The notes: a model not told the origin generated them from the sequence alone. A stretch of 64,000 nt of DNA from an uncultured virus (IMG/VR IMGVR_UViG_3300021400_004213) (IMGVR_UViG_3300021400_004213), one strand, 5' to 3'; counted from the first letter of the stretch, positions 42,201 to 52,504 are shown. Made by a program: numbers and translations.

Positions 42201-42724
42201 TGTCACACTTTTTAAAATAAAGTGTGACAAAATATAGAATTACATTCCATCGAAATTCTAAAAGACCCGCTCCTACACTGTATTTTTCGGAATGGCACAG
42301 AATGTCACACTTTTTCTGTAAATGTGTGACAAAACGAGTCAAAACGACCCTCAAAACGAGAAAATCTTCGTTTTCCACATCGCTGGTGTGTATACCAACT
42401 GCAACAAACTGCAACATTTTTGAAGAGTTTTCTGGACATAAAAAGTCCATTTAATGGACTTAAAACGAACATTTAATTGTCGTTTAATGTCACACTTATG
42501 TCCATTAAACTCACCATTTATTCATCGAAAACTTAATTTTCATTCATCCAGATTCGTCGCAAATCTCTCAAAAACGCCTCTGTCACACATTTTTGTCACA
42601 CTTTTTGAAAAAAAGTGCGACATACCGTAAAAAACGGAAAAACACGCTCTAATACTACATTTGTTACGAAATTCCACATTTTCTTCAAATTTACGTGTCA
42701 CACTTTTCAAAACAAAGTGTGACA
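42201..42724. repeat. Four TGTCACAC-N13-GTGTGACA inverted-repeat sites (candidate replication origin)
   Basis: Sites at 42201, 42303, 42594 (right arm GTGCGACA) and 42696, with extra half-sites nearby. Directly upstream of the helicase gene. Confidence 0.75.
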
Positions 42725-43073
42725 AAATAAACGACTAGTATTCCAACCCAACATTCTGCATATTATGCACAAACCATGAATAACTATGCATAAAACAAAA
42801 ATAAAATTAAAACTAAAACTTTACAATAAAATAAACCGAAAACAAAACGCGCAAGCGCTATGCGGGGGAAGCTGCACACAGCCCGCCTGACTTTCAACAA
42901 AAATTCAACGGCGTGCATTTTATCGGTTGATTTAATTATCAATCCGTGATATGATAAGAACAGATTGATAAATGAGCATAAAACACCCGATTTATGCTCT
43001 CACGAACCATTATCATTCACACTAAATTGATAGAAAAGAGACCAGAAAATTAAAGAAGAAAGAGGAAAACCAA

Positions 43074-44765
43074 ATGGCAAACAGTATCAATGAGATACTG
43101 CGAAAAGCAACAACGGACTACCTCGCCGCCATGAACAGGAATGCACCGCCGTTACCTTCAGTGACAGAACAGGATCTGCTCACCAACATGAAGCATGATA
43201 TTCAGTCGGAGAACGCAATCAGAACTCAGGCACACGAGCCTAAGCTCAAAGTGCCAGATAAACTCGCACCCGTACAGATTGCTGAAATTGTAGCATATTT
43301 CTATCCGATATACTGTATAAGAACAGGAGGTGAAGGATCTGACAGGTCATATGACTTGTTAGCCCTGTATCAGTCACAGGGGCCAAATGAAGGCATTTAC
43401 GTGACGGATGACGAAACAATCCGAGCATTGCTAAGGCAGTATAACTACACAATCACATCGCATGAAGTGACTGAATGCATCACTGTATTGCGAGAGATTG
43501 TACCTCGAAAGGAACGTTGTCATGACAGAAATCTTATTGCTGTCAACAACGGTATTTTTGACTATGACACAAAAACACTCCTTCCGTTTACTCCTGATCT
43601 TGTGTTTATGTCGAAGTCACGTGTTAACTATATACAGAACCCAACGAACCCCATCATTCACAACGACGAAGATGGGACTGATTGGGACGTTGAATCTTGG
43701 ATGAAAGAACTTTCTGACGATCCAGAAGTCGTCAATCTCTTATGGGAAGTCCTTGGAGCCATTATTCGCCCTCTTGTTCCATGGAACAAATCGGCATGGT
43801 TCTATTCAGAAACAGGAAATAATGGCAAAGGCACCTTATGCGAACTGATGCGTCAGCTTTGTGGCGAAGGATCCTATGCATCCGTACCACTTGCAGACAT
43901 GGGTAAAGACTTCGCACTCGAACCTTTAACCAGAGCATCAGCCATCATCGTAGATGAGAACGATGTCGGAACCTTCATCGATAAGGCTGCCAACGTCAAA
44001 GCAATTATCACAAATGACGTCCTTCCTATTAATAGAAAGTTCAAGACACCAATTGCATTCAAGTTCTATGGGTTCATGGTACAATGCCTTAATGAAATGC
44101 CTAAGGTAAAGGATAAGTCTGATTCATTCTTTAGGCGACAGCTTTTCATACCGTTTACGAAATGCTTTACGGGTATTGAACGAAAATACATTAAAGCGGA
44201 TTATCTCCACCGTTCCGATGTATTAGAATACGTTCTTCACCGTGTACTCCATATGGATTATTACGCTCTGTCTGAACCTGATGCTTGCAAGAAAGCACTG
44301 GCAGAATATCGTGATTACAATGATCCTGTAAGACAGTTCCTTGATGACATCTTATCCGAAGTCAAATGGGATTTCTTGCCATTCACGCTGCTTTACCAAA
44401 TGTATCAAGCATGGTTCAACCAGTATGTTCCATCTGGTAAAATTCAGAGCCGTAACACTTTTATAAACGATATTGTTCAGGCACTCATGAAAAATACTCA
44501 ATGGGAGTGCCGTGACAAGACCAAGGCTGTTCGAATGAGCAAAATGATGACAGCATGCGAACCACTTCTCGAAAAATACAATCTGAAAGATTGGATGAAT
44601 CCAAAATATGCCAACAAGTTTACGGCAAGTATGGAAGACAAGTGTACGCCTGCTCCAGGACAATATAATAGCCTGAGATATAGAGGTATCAATCGTCGTT
44701 TTGCTACAACAAATCCGAACCAGCCATTATGGATAGAAGACGATGAAACTGAAAATGACGGGTAA
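43074..44765 (+). CDS. SF3 helicase (P4/D5-family primase-helicase C-terminal type)
   Basis: D5_N-like 'IAVNNGIFD', Walker A GNNGKGT, Walker B IVDE, motif C 'CLNEMP', and 'FFRR'. Confidence 0.88.
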   Translation: MANSINEILRKATTDYLAAMNRNAPPLPSVTEQDLLTNMKHDIQSENAIRTQAHEPKLKVPDKLAPVQIAEIVAYFYPIYCIRTGGEGSDRSYDLLALYQSQGPNEGIYVTDDETIRALLRQYNYTITSHEVTECITVLREIVPRKERCHDRNLIAVNNGIFDYDTKTLLPFTPDLVFMSKSRVNYIQNPTNPIIHNDEDGTDWDVESWMKELSDDPEVVNLLWEVLGAIIRPLVPWNKSAWFYSETGNNGKGTLCELMRQLCGEGSYASVPLADMGKDFALEPLTRASAIIVDENDVGTFIDKAANVKAIITNDVLPINRKFKTPIAFKFYGFMVQCLNEMPKVKDKSDSFFRRQLFIPFTKCFTGIERKYIKADYLHRSDVLEYVLHRVLHMDYYALSEPDACKKALAEYRDYNDPVRQFLDDILSEVKWDFLPFTLLYQMYQAWFNQYVPSGKIQSRNTFINDIVQALMKNTQWECRDKTKAVRMSKMMTACEPLLEKYNLKDWMNPKYANKFTASMEDKCTPAPGQYNSLRYRGINRRFATTNPNQPLWIEDDETENDG

Positions 44766-44996
44766 AACGTGTAAAACAAAACTTACAAAACATACACTGC
44801 GTATGAGTAAGAAAGTTTCTCTGTTTTACCCGTCATAAAAAAACGAAAGACACCACCCAATCCTCACGATCTTATATGAAACACACCACGGTATAGAATG
44901 TGAAGATACTATATATCTTCTACAACATATATAAAATATACACACAATACAAAACCGTGTTAAAAATATGTTTCATAGGGAAAGGAAGAAGACCTA

Positions 44997-47900
44997 ATGA
45001 TAAAAGCCGATTTTTATGATATTGAGTCGCTTCGTAATTTATTTACGTTAGCGAACTTCCACGATAATGAAGACCCAACACAAACTGTGATTGACCTTTA
45101 CTATCTTTGCGACGATGAAGATAAGCTCTTCTCAGAGCCAGATTGGCAAGACAAAATGCGTGACCGCATTTATATGCGAAATCTGAACTTCTCAGGACGT
45201 GTCTACTTTAAAAATTTAAAGAAGGAAGTCCACGCAGAACATCTTGCAAAGACATTTGGTCTTTCCGATGCCAGGTTCATGAATGACCCTGACGAAAAGT
45301 CCAACTACAAACCTGAATTCCGCATCGTATGCGATACTGATCCAGAATATGACGATACGATATATCCTTACTTCTTTGGATATAACTCCTATAATTATGA
45401 TACGACCATGCTCGCATATTACTTCAGCGAAGTTTGGGATCCAGCAAGAACAAAATTCGAAAACGGAGCGCAAACAGCGGCTCTGCCTTGTCGATTCACT
45501 CCTAAAATCACGGCAGCAAAGCTCCGTGAATTCAACGATTTTCTGTTCACACCGCATTACAAGAATGCAATGCCTTCTGCATTAGCATACAATCCTGAAC
45601 GTGGCAATCGTCCTGACTACAGTACGAACGCTTGGCGTATCAGAAAAAACATGCTCATGTCTGGACGACATCTCGATGTTGCACGACTGAACGAAAAACA
45701 ATCCAAAGTTGGATTGAAACGACTCCTCGGCATGCTCGGCTGGCAGATTCTTGAATCTGACAAACTTGACACAGGTCTTGATACTATCGAGACACCAGAC
45801 CAGCTCTACGATCTTGTCGCGTATAACATTTCTGATGTTGTCAATCTGAAGAACCTGTTCTATCACAGCCAGTACCAAGCCCAGTTTGAACTGAAGAAGG
45901 GACTGCTGGCGACCTATCCTGAACTTGTCTACCTTCAGCAGAGTAAAGGATATAAGCCGCACATCAGCCAGAAAACGGTTCGTTCCGACCGTCTGACCAT
46001 CGACTCTTCGTCAGCCCAGTTTGCTACGAAATCTCTGTGTCCATATGGCCACTTGAGGGATATCGAAACAGTAAGTTTCAACTATCCTTCTGAAAATCAA
46101 GCAAAGATCATGGGCATACCACAGATCAATGTACTGGAAGAAGCTAAGAAATTCTTCTATGGTTTGTATCCACAGCCAGAACTGCGCTCGCAGTTCGATG
46201 TTATCTACAACTTCTATAAAAATATAGAAGGTCGTAACTTCAACGACTCAGACACTTACATGGAAGACTTCGTCTATCAGAACCCTGACGGCACAATGCA
46301 TCAGCCACGTACCGCTGAGAAGTTAGCTGAAGTAGCCAAAGAAGGCTCCGTCAACACCTGCTTACCATACTTTGATAAAGACGGTAAGCCAACCTCTTGT
46401 TTCGTATTATTCTCAACAGGTGGTGTACACGGTGCTGAGTTCAATGTCGAACTATACAATAGCGACGTTGAAGCATGGAACGCAATGATGGCAGATATGG
46501 AAGAAGCAAAGCGTCAGTATCCTGACCCTGTAGAACTTCGTAAAGCCAGAAAGATTATCATGCCTGATGGCAGAGAACTCGGCTATAACGTGTTCCTTAA
46601 CAGTCCACGTATTGCCGATTCGACTTACAAAGATTTTGAAAAGAAAAAGCCCATGCTCTTCAAAGAGAGCAAGAGCGGTGGTTGGTCACTGAATCCAAAG
46701 TACACTTTCACTTCAACATGTGAAGCCAACCATGAGGACTTTACGTCCTACTATCCAAATCTTCTTCGTCGTATGGAAGCATTCTTTAACAAGGGTCTTG
46801 GATACGACAGATATGCTGAAATTTTCCAGCAAAAGCAGGATTTTGGTAAATATATGAAAGACAAAGCCCGTCCAGCAGACGAGAGAGAACACTATCGTAT
46901 CCTTCGTGAAGGAACGAAATTGGTTCTTAACTCTGCATCTGGTGCTGCAGACGCCATGTTCGAGAACAACATTCGTGTCAATAACCAGATTATTTCCATG
47001 CGATGCATCGGACAGCTGTTCTCATGGCGTATCGGACAGGCACAGTCATTCGCTGGAGCCAAGATTCCCTCTACAAACACAGATGGTCTGTATTCAGTCA
47101 TGGAGGAAACTCTCAACAATGCAATTTTGGAGAAAGAATCTGCAAACATTGGTGTTGATATCGAACCAGAACCACTGTACCTTATTTCTAAGGATGCCAA
47201 TAACCGTATCGAAATCGATGAGGATACAGGCAAGATTATTAGTGCTTCAGGCGGTACAACAGGTTGCCGCAAGGGGCCCAACCCGACAAAGTCATTGGCA
47301 CATCCAGCCATCATTGACTGGGCACTGACAGAATACCTGATCATCGCAGCAAAAGAACAAAATGGCATTAGCATGTCGTCACCATTTAACAATGACATTG
47401 GTCGCAGCATCTTAGAAAGAGCATTGACCGAATTTGACAAGGTTCAGACATTGCTGATGTTCCAGAACATTATCGCATCTTCATCAAGCTCTATTACTTA
47501 CATTTACGGCAAACGTGACGACGAGGACGAACCGATCGTTCTTCAGAACTACAACAGAATGTTCATTATGAAAGACGGTACGCCTAACACCATGCATTTA
47601 TGGAATGCCGCTGCTCGTGTCGTCACACCTGCCATGAAGAAAAAGAGAGCCAAGGACAATCTGCGTCCAACGGCAGAGCCTGACCCAGATGCCTTCATCG
47701 TACTGAAAGCAAACGGAGAGACAATCAACGGTAAACCGCTCGATAAACTGTCCAATCTGTATCCAGATAAGGATATTGTCACCAAGAAGGTTACGAACAT
47801 CGAACCTGAATGGGATATTCTGATTGACAATAGAGACCTTTACATGCTTTCAGATACAGACTTCCAGTTCATCATTGATAACATCGATATTGAGAAGTAT

Positions 47901-48011
47901 CTCAAAATGCTCGATAATGCTTATACGAACAACTGGATGAACAAAATCCCTGGCGTTGAATATGCCGAGGTTACCGAATCTGAAGAAGATGAGGACACAG
48001 GTGACGAATAA
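44997..48011 (+). CDS. Family-B-like DNA polymerase with 3'-5' exonuclease
   Basis: Exo I 'YDIES', Exo II 'GYNSYNYD', Exo III 'YNISDV'; Pol A 'DFTSYYPN', Pol B 'KLVLNSASG', Pol C 'NTDG'. Confidence 0.88.
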   Translation: MIKADFYDIESLRNLFTLANFHDNEDPTQTVIDLYYLCDDEDKLFSEPDWQDKMRDRIYMRNLNFSGRVYFKNLKKEVHAEHLAKTFGLSDARFMNDPDEKSNYKPEFRIVCDTDPEYDDTIYPYFFGYNSYNYDTTMLAYYFSEVWDPARTKFENGAQTAALPCRFTPKITAAKLREFNDFLFTPHYKNAMPSALAYNPERGNRPDYSTNAWRIRKNMLMSGRHLDVARLNEKQSKVGLKRLLGMLGWQILESDKLDTGLDTIETPDQLYDLVAYNISDVVNLKNLFYHSQYQAQFELKKGLLATYPELVYLQQSKGYKPHISQKTVRSDRLTIDSSSAQFATKSLCPYGHLRDIETVSFNYPSENQAKIMGIPQINVLEEAKKFFYGLYPQPELRSQFDVIYNFYKNIEGRNFNDSDTYMEDFVYQNPDGTMHQPRTAEKLAEVAKEGSVNTCLPYFDKDGKPTSCFVLFSTGGVHGAEFNVELYNSDVEAWNAMMADMEEAKRQYPDPVELRKARKIIMPDGRELGYNVFLNSPRIADSTYKDFEKKKPMLFKESKSGGWSLNPKYTFTSTCEANHEDFTSYYPNLLRRMEAFFNKGLGYDRYAEIFQQKQDFGKYMKDKARPADEREHYRILREGTKLVLNSASGAADAMFENNIRVNNQIISMRCIGQLFSWRIGQAQSFAGAKIPSTNTDGLYSVMEETLNNAILEKESANIGVDIEPEPLYLISKDANNRIEIDEDTGKIISASGGTTGCRKGPNPTKSLAHPAIIDWALTEYLIIAAKEQNGISMSSPFNNDIGRSILERALTEFDKVQTLLMFQNIIASSSSSITYIYGKRDDEDEPIVLQNYNRMFIMKDGTPNTMHLWNAAARVVTPAMKKKRAKDNLRPTAEPDPDAFIVLKANGETINGKPLDKLSNLYPDKDIVTKKVTNIEPEWDILIDNRDLYMLSDTDFQFIIDNIDIEKYLKMLDNAYTNNWMNKIPGVEYAEVTESEEDEDTGDE

Positions 48012-48095
48012 ATCATCACCTCAATTGCGTACGAATGTCCTCTGCAGTCAAATGCAGGGGACATTTTGTATGCATAGAAAAGGAAAATTATCATT

Positions 48096-48431
48096 ATGAA
48101 CACCAAACTTGACGTCAACAAACTCCAATTGGATGAATATGATGCCATTTTCTATACAGATGAAAAAGATGACTCGTACCAACTTGTCACCAATTTCAAA
48201 TTTGAGGATTTGTTCCTTTATGTCCAAGCCATTCACATCTATCAACAGCGGAATGGCAAAGCAAAGCTACAAATCACCCAAAAGGCACCATATTGGGACC
48301 AATACTACAAGCATTTTGCCATCTTAGATGACTGCTATGCTTTATGGTGTGCTCGCACACCAGAAGGCACGGACCTAAAGGACTTCTGGAACATTTATAA
48401 ACGGGAGGTGAAACCCTATGGGAAAACCTGA
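48096..48431 (+). CDS. Hypothetical protein
   Basis: RBS; overlaps the next gene. Confidence 0.65.
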   Translation: MNTKLDVNKLQLDEYDAIFYTDEKDDSYQLVTNFKFEDLFLYVQAIHIYQQRNGKAKLQITQKAPYWDQYYKHFAILDDCYALWCARTPEGTDLKDFWNIYKREVKPYGKT

Positions 48432-48738
48432 AGGACAAGTTGAAGATTATCTCATCAAACGATGTGAAGAACACAACTTCCTTTGCTATAAATTCGTTTC
48501 CCCAGGACGAAACGGTGTACCTGACCGAATTGTCATCGGCAGGGGACACACCGTATTTATAGAACTAAAGGCACCAAACGGAACGCCTTCTGCACAGCAA
48601 ATTCTCAATGCGAAACGCATGACCGCAGCAGGAGCTGACGTTCGTTTCTGTTTCTCAAAAGAAGCAATCGACGAATTCTTCGAAGAAGCATTAACATGGA
48701 AAAATCGAAAGAAAAAAACTTTCGAACCACCGATATAA
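48418..48738 (+). CDS. VRR-NUC domain nuclease
   Basis: 'E..VE..L', 'KFVSPG.NGVPDR', 'FIELKAP.G..S.QQ' motifs. Confidence 0.9.
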   Translation: MGKPEGQVEDYLIKRCEEHNFLCYKFVSPGRNGVPDRIVIGRGHTVFIELKAPNGTPSAQQILNAKRMTAAGADVRFCFSKEAIDEFFEEALTWKNRKKKTFEPPI

Positions 48739-48761
48739 CTAAAGGAAGGGAATAACAAACT

Positions 48762-49724
48762 ATGACTCGGTTTGACACTGAAAATGCCCCTAAACAGCAA
48801 ATCAAGACAATCACAAGGATTATCCGCATTGCTGTCATTGCCGTCATCGCCATTATCATCGTTTTCTCATCATTCTATAACATCTCAGAACAAGAAAACG
48901 GCGTCGTAACGATGTTCGGACAAGTCCTTCGCACCGATACTGCAGGACTTCACTTCAAGATTCCGCTCGTCCAGCGCGTACACAAAGTCGATATCACGAC
49001 ACATGGTACGGGTATCGGATATAACGTCTCACCTGAAGGACAGAATATCGTAGATACCATGGATGGCATCATGATCACAAAAGACTTTAATCTCGTCAAC
49101 ATTGATTTCTACTTGGAATATAGGATCACAGATCCCGTAGCATATCTTTATAATTCCAAGAATCCAGAAGAAATCATGCACAACATCACCATGTCAGCCA
49201 TTCGTAGTACCGTTGTCAACTACACTGTAGACGAATGTATGACAACAGGTAAGTCCTCAATTCAATCCGACGTAAAAAGTCGCATCATTGAGGAACTTAA
49301 TCAGCATAATATCGGCTTGTCAGTCGTCAATATTACAATCCAAGATGCTGAACCGCCAACACAAGAAATTATCAACGCCTTCAAGGCAGTTGAAACGGCA
49401 AAACAGGGTGCCGATACCAAGCTAAACGAAGCACACAAGTACAGTAACGAACAGCTTCCTATGGCTAGAGCCGAGGCTGACCGCATTACACAGCAAGCGG
49501 AAGCCCAGAAAGCAGCTCGTATTGCTGAAGCAGAAGGTCAGGTTGCTCGTTTCACAGCAATGTACGAAGAATACAAAAAGAATCCAGACCTTACAAAACG
49601 TCGTATGTTCTATGAAGCCTTAGAGGACGTCCTTCCGTCACTTAAGATTATCATCACGGACGGATCAACTGAGACTGTATTGCCTCTTGATAACTTTGCA
49701 AACTTTCCAAATACTACCGAATAA
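48762..49724 (+). CDS. hflK: FtsH modulator HflK (SPFH)
   Basis: TM segment, 'GVVTMFG', 'MITKDFNLV', 'IQDAEPP..AF..V' and 'AEGQVARF...EY' motifs. Confidence 0.85.
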   Translation: MTRFDTENAPKQQIKTITRIIRIAVIAVIAIIIVFSSFYNISEQENGVVTMFGQVLRTDTAGLHFKIPLVQRVHKVDITTHGTGIGYNVSPEGQNIVDTMDGIMITKDFNLVNIDFYLEYRITDPVAYLYNSKNPEEIMHNITMSAIRSTVVNYTVDECMTTGKSSIQSDVKSRIIEELNQHNIGLSVVNITIQDAEPPTQEIINAFKAVETAKQGADTKLNEAHKYSNEQLPMARAEADRITQQAEAQKAARIAEAEGQVARFTAMYEEYKKNPDLTKRRMFYEALEDVLPSLKIIITDGSTETVLPLDNFANFPNTTE

Positions 49725-49740
49725 GAGAGGATAACACATC

Positions 49741-50619
49741 ATGAATAAGAAAAATATTATCATTCCAAGTGTCATTACAATAATTATCCTCCTTTGTCTT
49801 ATTGGCAATCCGTTTTATACAGTAAAACCGAACGAATACGTCGCCATAAGACAGTTCGGTAAGATTGTTAATGTTGCCGACACACCTGGTTTGCACGTAA
49901 AGACACCGTTCATCCAATCTACGCAGCACATATCGGCTGCTACCATTCTTTACGATATTCCTGCATCTGACGTTATCACACGTGATAAGAAATCCATGAT
50001 TTCCGATAACTACGTCTTATGGCATGTTATAGATGCTCGTCTGTATGCACAGACACTCAACGCCATCGACGCCAGAGCAGAGGAACGAATTGAAGCTGCT
50101 GTTTACAACTCACTGAAGAAATTCATTTCTTCAATGACACAAGAAGAAATCATCGCTGCACGTGGTAACACACTTGACACCATGGTCACTGAAGATGCAA
50201 ACAAAGACATCGGCATTTACGGTATTGAAATTACCGAAAGCAAAATCAAGGCACTTGATTTGCCTGATGACAACAAAGCCGCCGTCTTTACTCGTATGAT
50301 TTCTGAACGTGAAAACATCGCAGCATCCTACACTGCAGAAGGTGATGAGGCGGCACAGAAGATCCGTAATGATACGGACAAAGAAGCCACCATCATCAAG
50401 GCTGAAGCCGAAAAGAAGGCTGCTCAGTTGATTGCCGAAGGCGAAGCAGAATATATGAACATCCTGCAGGAAGCCTATAACACAACAGACAAGGCTGATT
50501 TCTACAATTACATTCGAGGATTAGATGCTTTACGCGTCACCCTAAAGGGTTCCAACAAGACCCTTATCTTAGATAAGGATTCCGAACTCGTTAAAATCAT
50601 CTACGGCACATTGGATTAA
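49741..50619 (+). CDS. hflC: FtsH modulator HflC (SPFH)
   Basis: 'QFGKIV..PGLH.K.PF', 'ITRDKK', 'RMISER..IA..Y.AEG' and 'FYNYIR.L' motifs. Confidence 0.88.
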   Translation: MNKKNIIIPSVITIIILLCLIGNPFYTVKPNEYVAIRQFGKIVNVADTPGLHVKTPFIQSTQHISAATILYDIPASDVITRDKKSMISDNYVLWHVIDARLYAQTLNAIDARAEERIEAAVYNSLKKFISSMTQEEIIAARGNTLDTMVTEDANKDIGIYGIEITESKIKALDLPDDNKAAVFTRMISERENIAASYTAEGDEAAQKIRNDTDKEATIIKAEAEKKAAQLIAEGEAEYMNILQEAYNTTDKADFYNYIRGLDALRVTLKGSNKTLILDKDSELVKIIYGTLD

Positions 50620-50695
50620 AACATAATTCAAAAAAAGAGGTCGTCTCAAAACAAGGCGACCTCTTTTCACATTCATGAAAAGGAGAGATAACACA

Positions 50696-51019
50696 ATGAC
50701 CTACGAATTTGATTGGACTGATTTTACAGAATCGTCTTTAAAGAAACTCAATGCTCGCAAAGAAGTTCCTGAAGATGAGCTTGTCGGTTTTCTGCCTGTG
50801 AAAACAGACATTGGCATGTTTCTTGTCGATATTCATTACTACAAGTACGATTCATCCGACAATGGATTTGATCTTGAAATATACAAATCCAACGACATGC
50901 TCATGCATACCGCTTGGCTTGATGGTCTTAAAGACATCAAATCAGCCACAAACTATGATAGATTTTGTCACAGAACTGAAAATCTCATCATAGAGTTCCT
51001 GAAAGGATACTACGAATGA
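50696..51019 (+). CDS. Hypothetical protein
   Basis: AAGGAG RBS before MTYEF. Confidence 0.65.
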   Translation: MTYEFDWTDFTESSLKKLNARKEVPEDELVGFLPVKTDIGMFLVDIHYYKYDSSDNGFDLEIYKSNDMLMHTAWLDGLKDIKSATNYDRFCHRTENLIIEFLKGYYE

Positions 51020-51171
51020 AATACATATTTGACCTAACTGAAATCCGCACACAGCACAATATCGAAATTGATGCTGAAAGCGAAGAAGAAGCCTACGGCA
51101 TCGTCCTTGAAATCTACAAGCAGGATACTGCCGTCTATGACGAAAAAGACGTCCAAATCACACCTGCATAA
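51016..51171 (+). CDS. Small protein (51 aa; not in ORF track)
   Basis: MKYIFDLTEIRTQHNIEIDAESEEEAY...; ATGA overlap; RBS. Confidence 0.55.
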   Translation: MKYIFDLTEIRTQHNIEIDAESEEEAYGIVLEIYKQDTAVYDEKDVQITPA

Positions 51172-51211
51172 ACAAACTAACCCAGCATAACAAACATAAA
51201 GGAGAAATTCT

Positions 51212-51400
51212 ATGAAGTGGCTTACTTTATTTAATAAACTCGGCAAACAACCTGCAACAAAACTGCAGAAACAAACCATTTATGCTGTTTTATATGATAA
51301 AAAGTCGCACAAATATGAGCGTCGTTATCTTTGTCTCAAGTATGATTCACAGAACCGACCCTATTTTATAGAAGAACTTCCGAAAGACAAACTAATATAA
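51212..51400 (+). CDS. Small basic hypothetical protein
   Basis: AAGGAG RBS. Confidence 0.6.
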   Translation: MKWLTLFNKLGKQPATKLQKQTIYAVLYDKKSHKYERRYLCLKYDSQNRPYFIEELPKDKLI

Positions 51401-51518
51401 CGTAACTCTATAGATATCATAGATGACATAGATAGCATAGACGATATACATCATATACATCATATATAGCATATACATCTTCTATACGAGAGTTACTTAA
51501 AAACAAAGGAGAACAAAC

Positions 51519-51884
51519 ATGGAACGCATTATTATCTGTGGTACTCGCGCCTTTGATAATTACCAGCTTTTGTGTCAAACACTGGATCAAATCATAACCA
51601 ATCCATCTGACGCTGAGATTATCTCAGGACGAGCAAGAGGCGCCGACACACTCGGAGAACGCTACGCCAAAGAACATAACATTCCATTAGTTATGTTCCC
51701 AGCACAATGGAATCTGTATGGCAAATCCGCAGGAATCAGACGAAACGCTGAAATGCTAAAGTATGCCAAACAGAAAAATCCCGTCGTCATTGCATTTTGG
51801 GATGGAATCAGCCATGGCACCAAAAACATGATTGACATTTCCCGTAAAGCAAAAGCAACGGTTCATGTCATTCAATATGACTAA
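51519..51884 (+). CDS. SLOG-family protein (DUF2493/YspA-like)
   Basis: 'IIICGTR.F', 'ISG.ARGAD', 'GKSAG.RRN.EM' and 'FWDG.SHGT.NMI' motifs. Confidence 0.85.
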   Translation: MERIIICGTRAFDNYQLLCQTLDQIITNPSDAEIISGRARGADTLGERYAKEHNIPLVMFPAQWNLYGKSAGIRRNAEMLKYAKQKNPVVIAFWDGISHGTKNMIDISRKAKATVHVIQYD

Positions 51885-51894
51885 AGGAGATACT

Positions 51895-52152
51895 ATGCAA
51901 CAGACATACACACCATTAGGAATATGTGCCAAACTGATTACATTTGATATTGACGATAACAACGTCGTCACAAATGTACAGTTTACAGGCGGTTGCAACG
52001 GCAATCAAAAAGCAATTGCATCGCTTATTGACGGCATGACCGCCGACGAAATCAGAGCCAAGCTCGAACACATTCGTTGCGGTAACAAACCGACATCTTG
52101 TGCGCATCAACTCTGTATTGCCTTAAAACAGGCAACCGAAACTGACGAATAA
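51895..52152 (+). CDS. TIGR03905-like TSCPD-domain protein
   Basis: 'P.GIC..I.F', 'F.GGCNGN' and 'I.CG.KPTSC..QL' motifs. Confidence 0.85.
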   Translation: MQQTYTPLGICAKLITFDIDDNNVVTNVQFTGGCNGNQKAIASLIDGMTADEIRAKLEHIRCGNKPTSCAHQLCIALKQATETDE

Positions 52153-52180
52153 TCTTATTTTCGAAAGGAGAGCTGTCACA

Positions 52181-52486
52181 ATGGCTATTCGTGCACGACA
52201 TGCTACCAAAATGTTCGACACACTTGCGAACATTGAACAAGAACTCGAAAACGAGTTAGGGGAGTGCAATGCACCATATCGTTCTGAAGAACGAAAATCT
52301 TATATGGTGAAATTCTTTACCACAGCAATTGAGAAACTCAATGCACATCCCAAAATCGAAAAGAAAGACATCACACAACGACTTCTCGACATGCTCGAAA
52401 ACGAGAACTATCATCGCATGTATGCCGTCTGTGAAATCTGGACCAATAGGTCTACGATTGAACACGAAGCATATCTTTTCGGATGA
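52181..52486 (+). CDS. Hypothetical protein
   Basis: AAGGAG RBS. Confidence 0.65.
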   Translation: MAIRARHATKMFDTLANIEQELENELGECNAPYRSEERKSYMVKFFTTAIEKLNAHPKIEKKDITQRLLDMLENENYHRMYAVCEIWTNRSTIEHEAYLFG

Positions 52487-52504
52487 CCACAAAGGAGAAT
52501 CCCG

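Noticed and set aside
41790..42725. ORF-track entries over the TGTCACAC array
   Set aside because: Translations simply mirror the DNA repeats (MSHF/CVTK).
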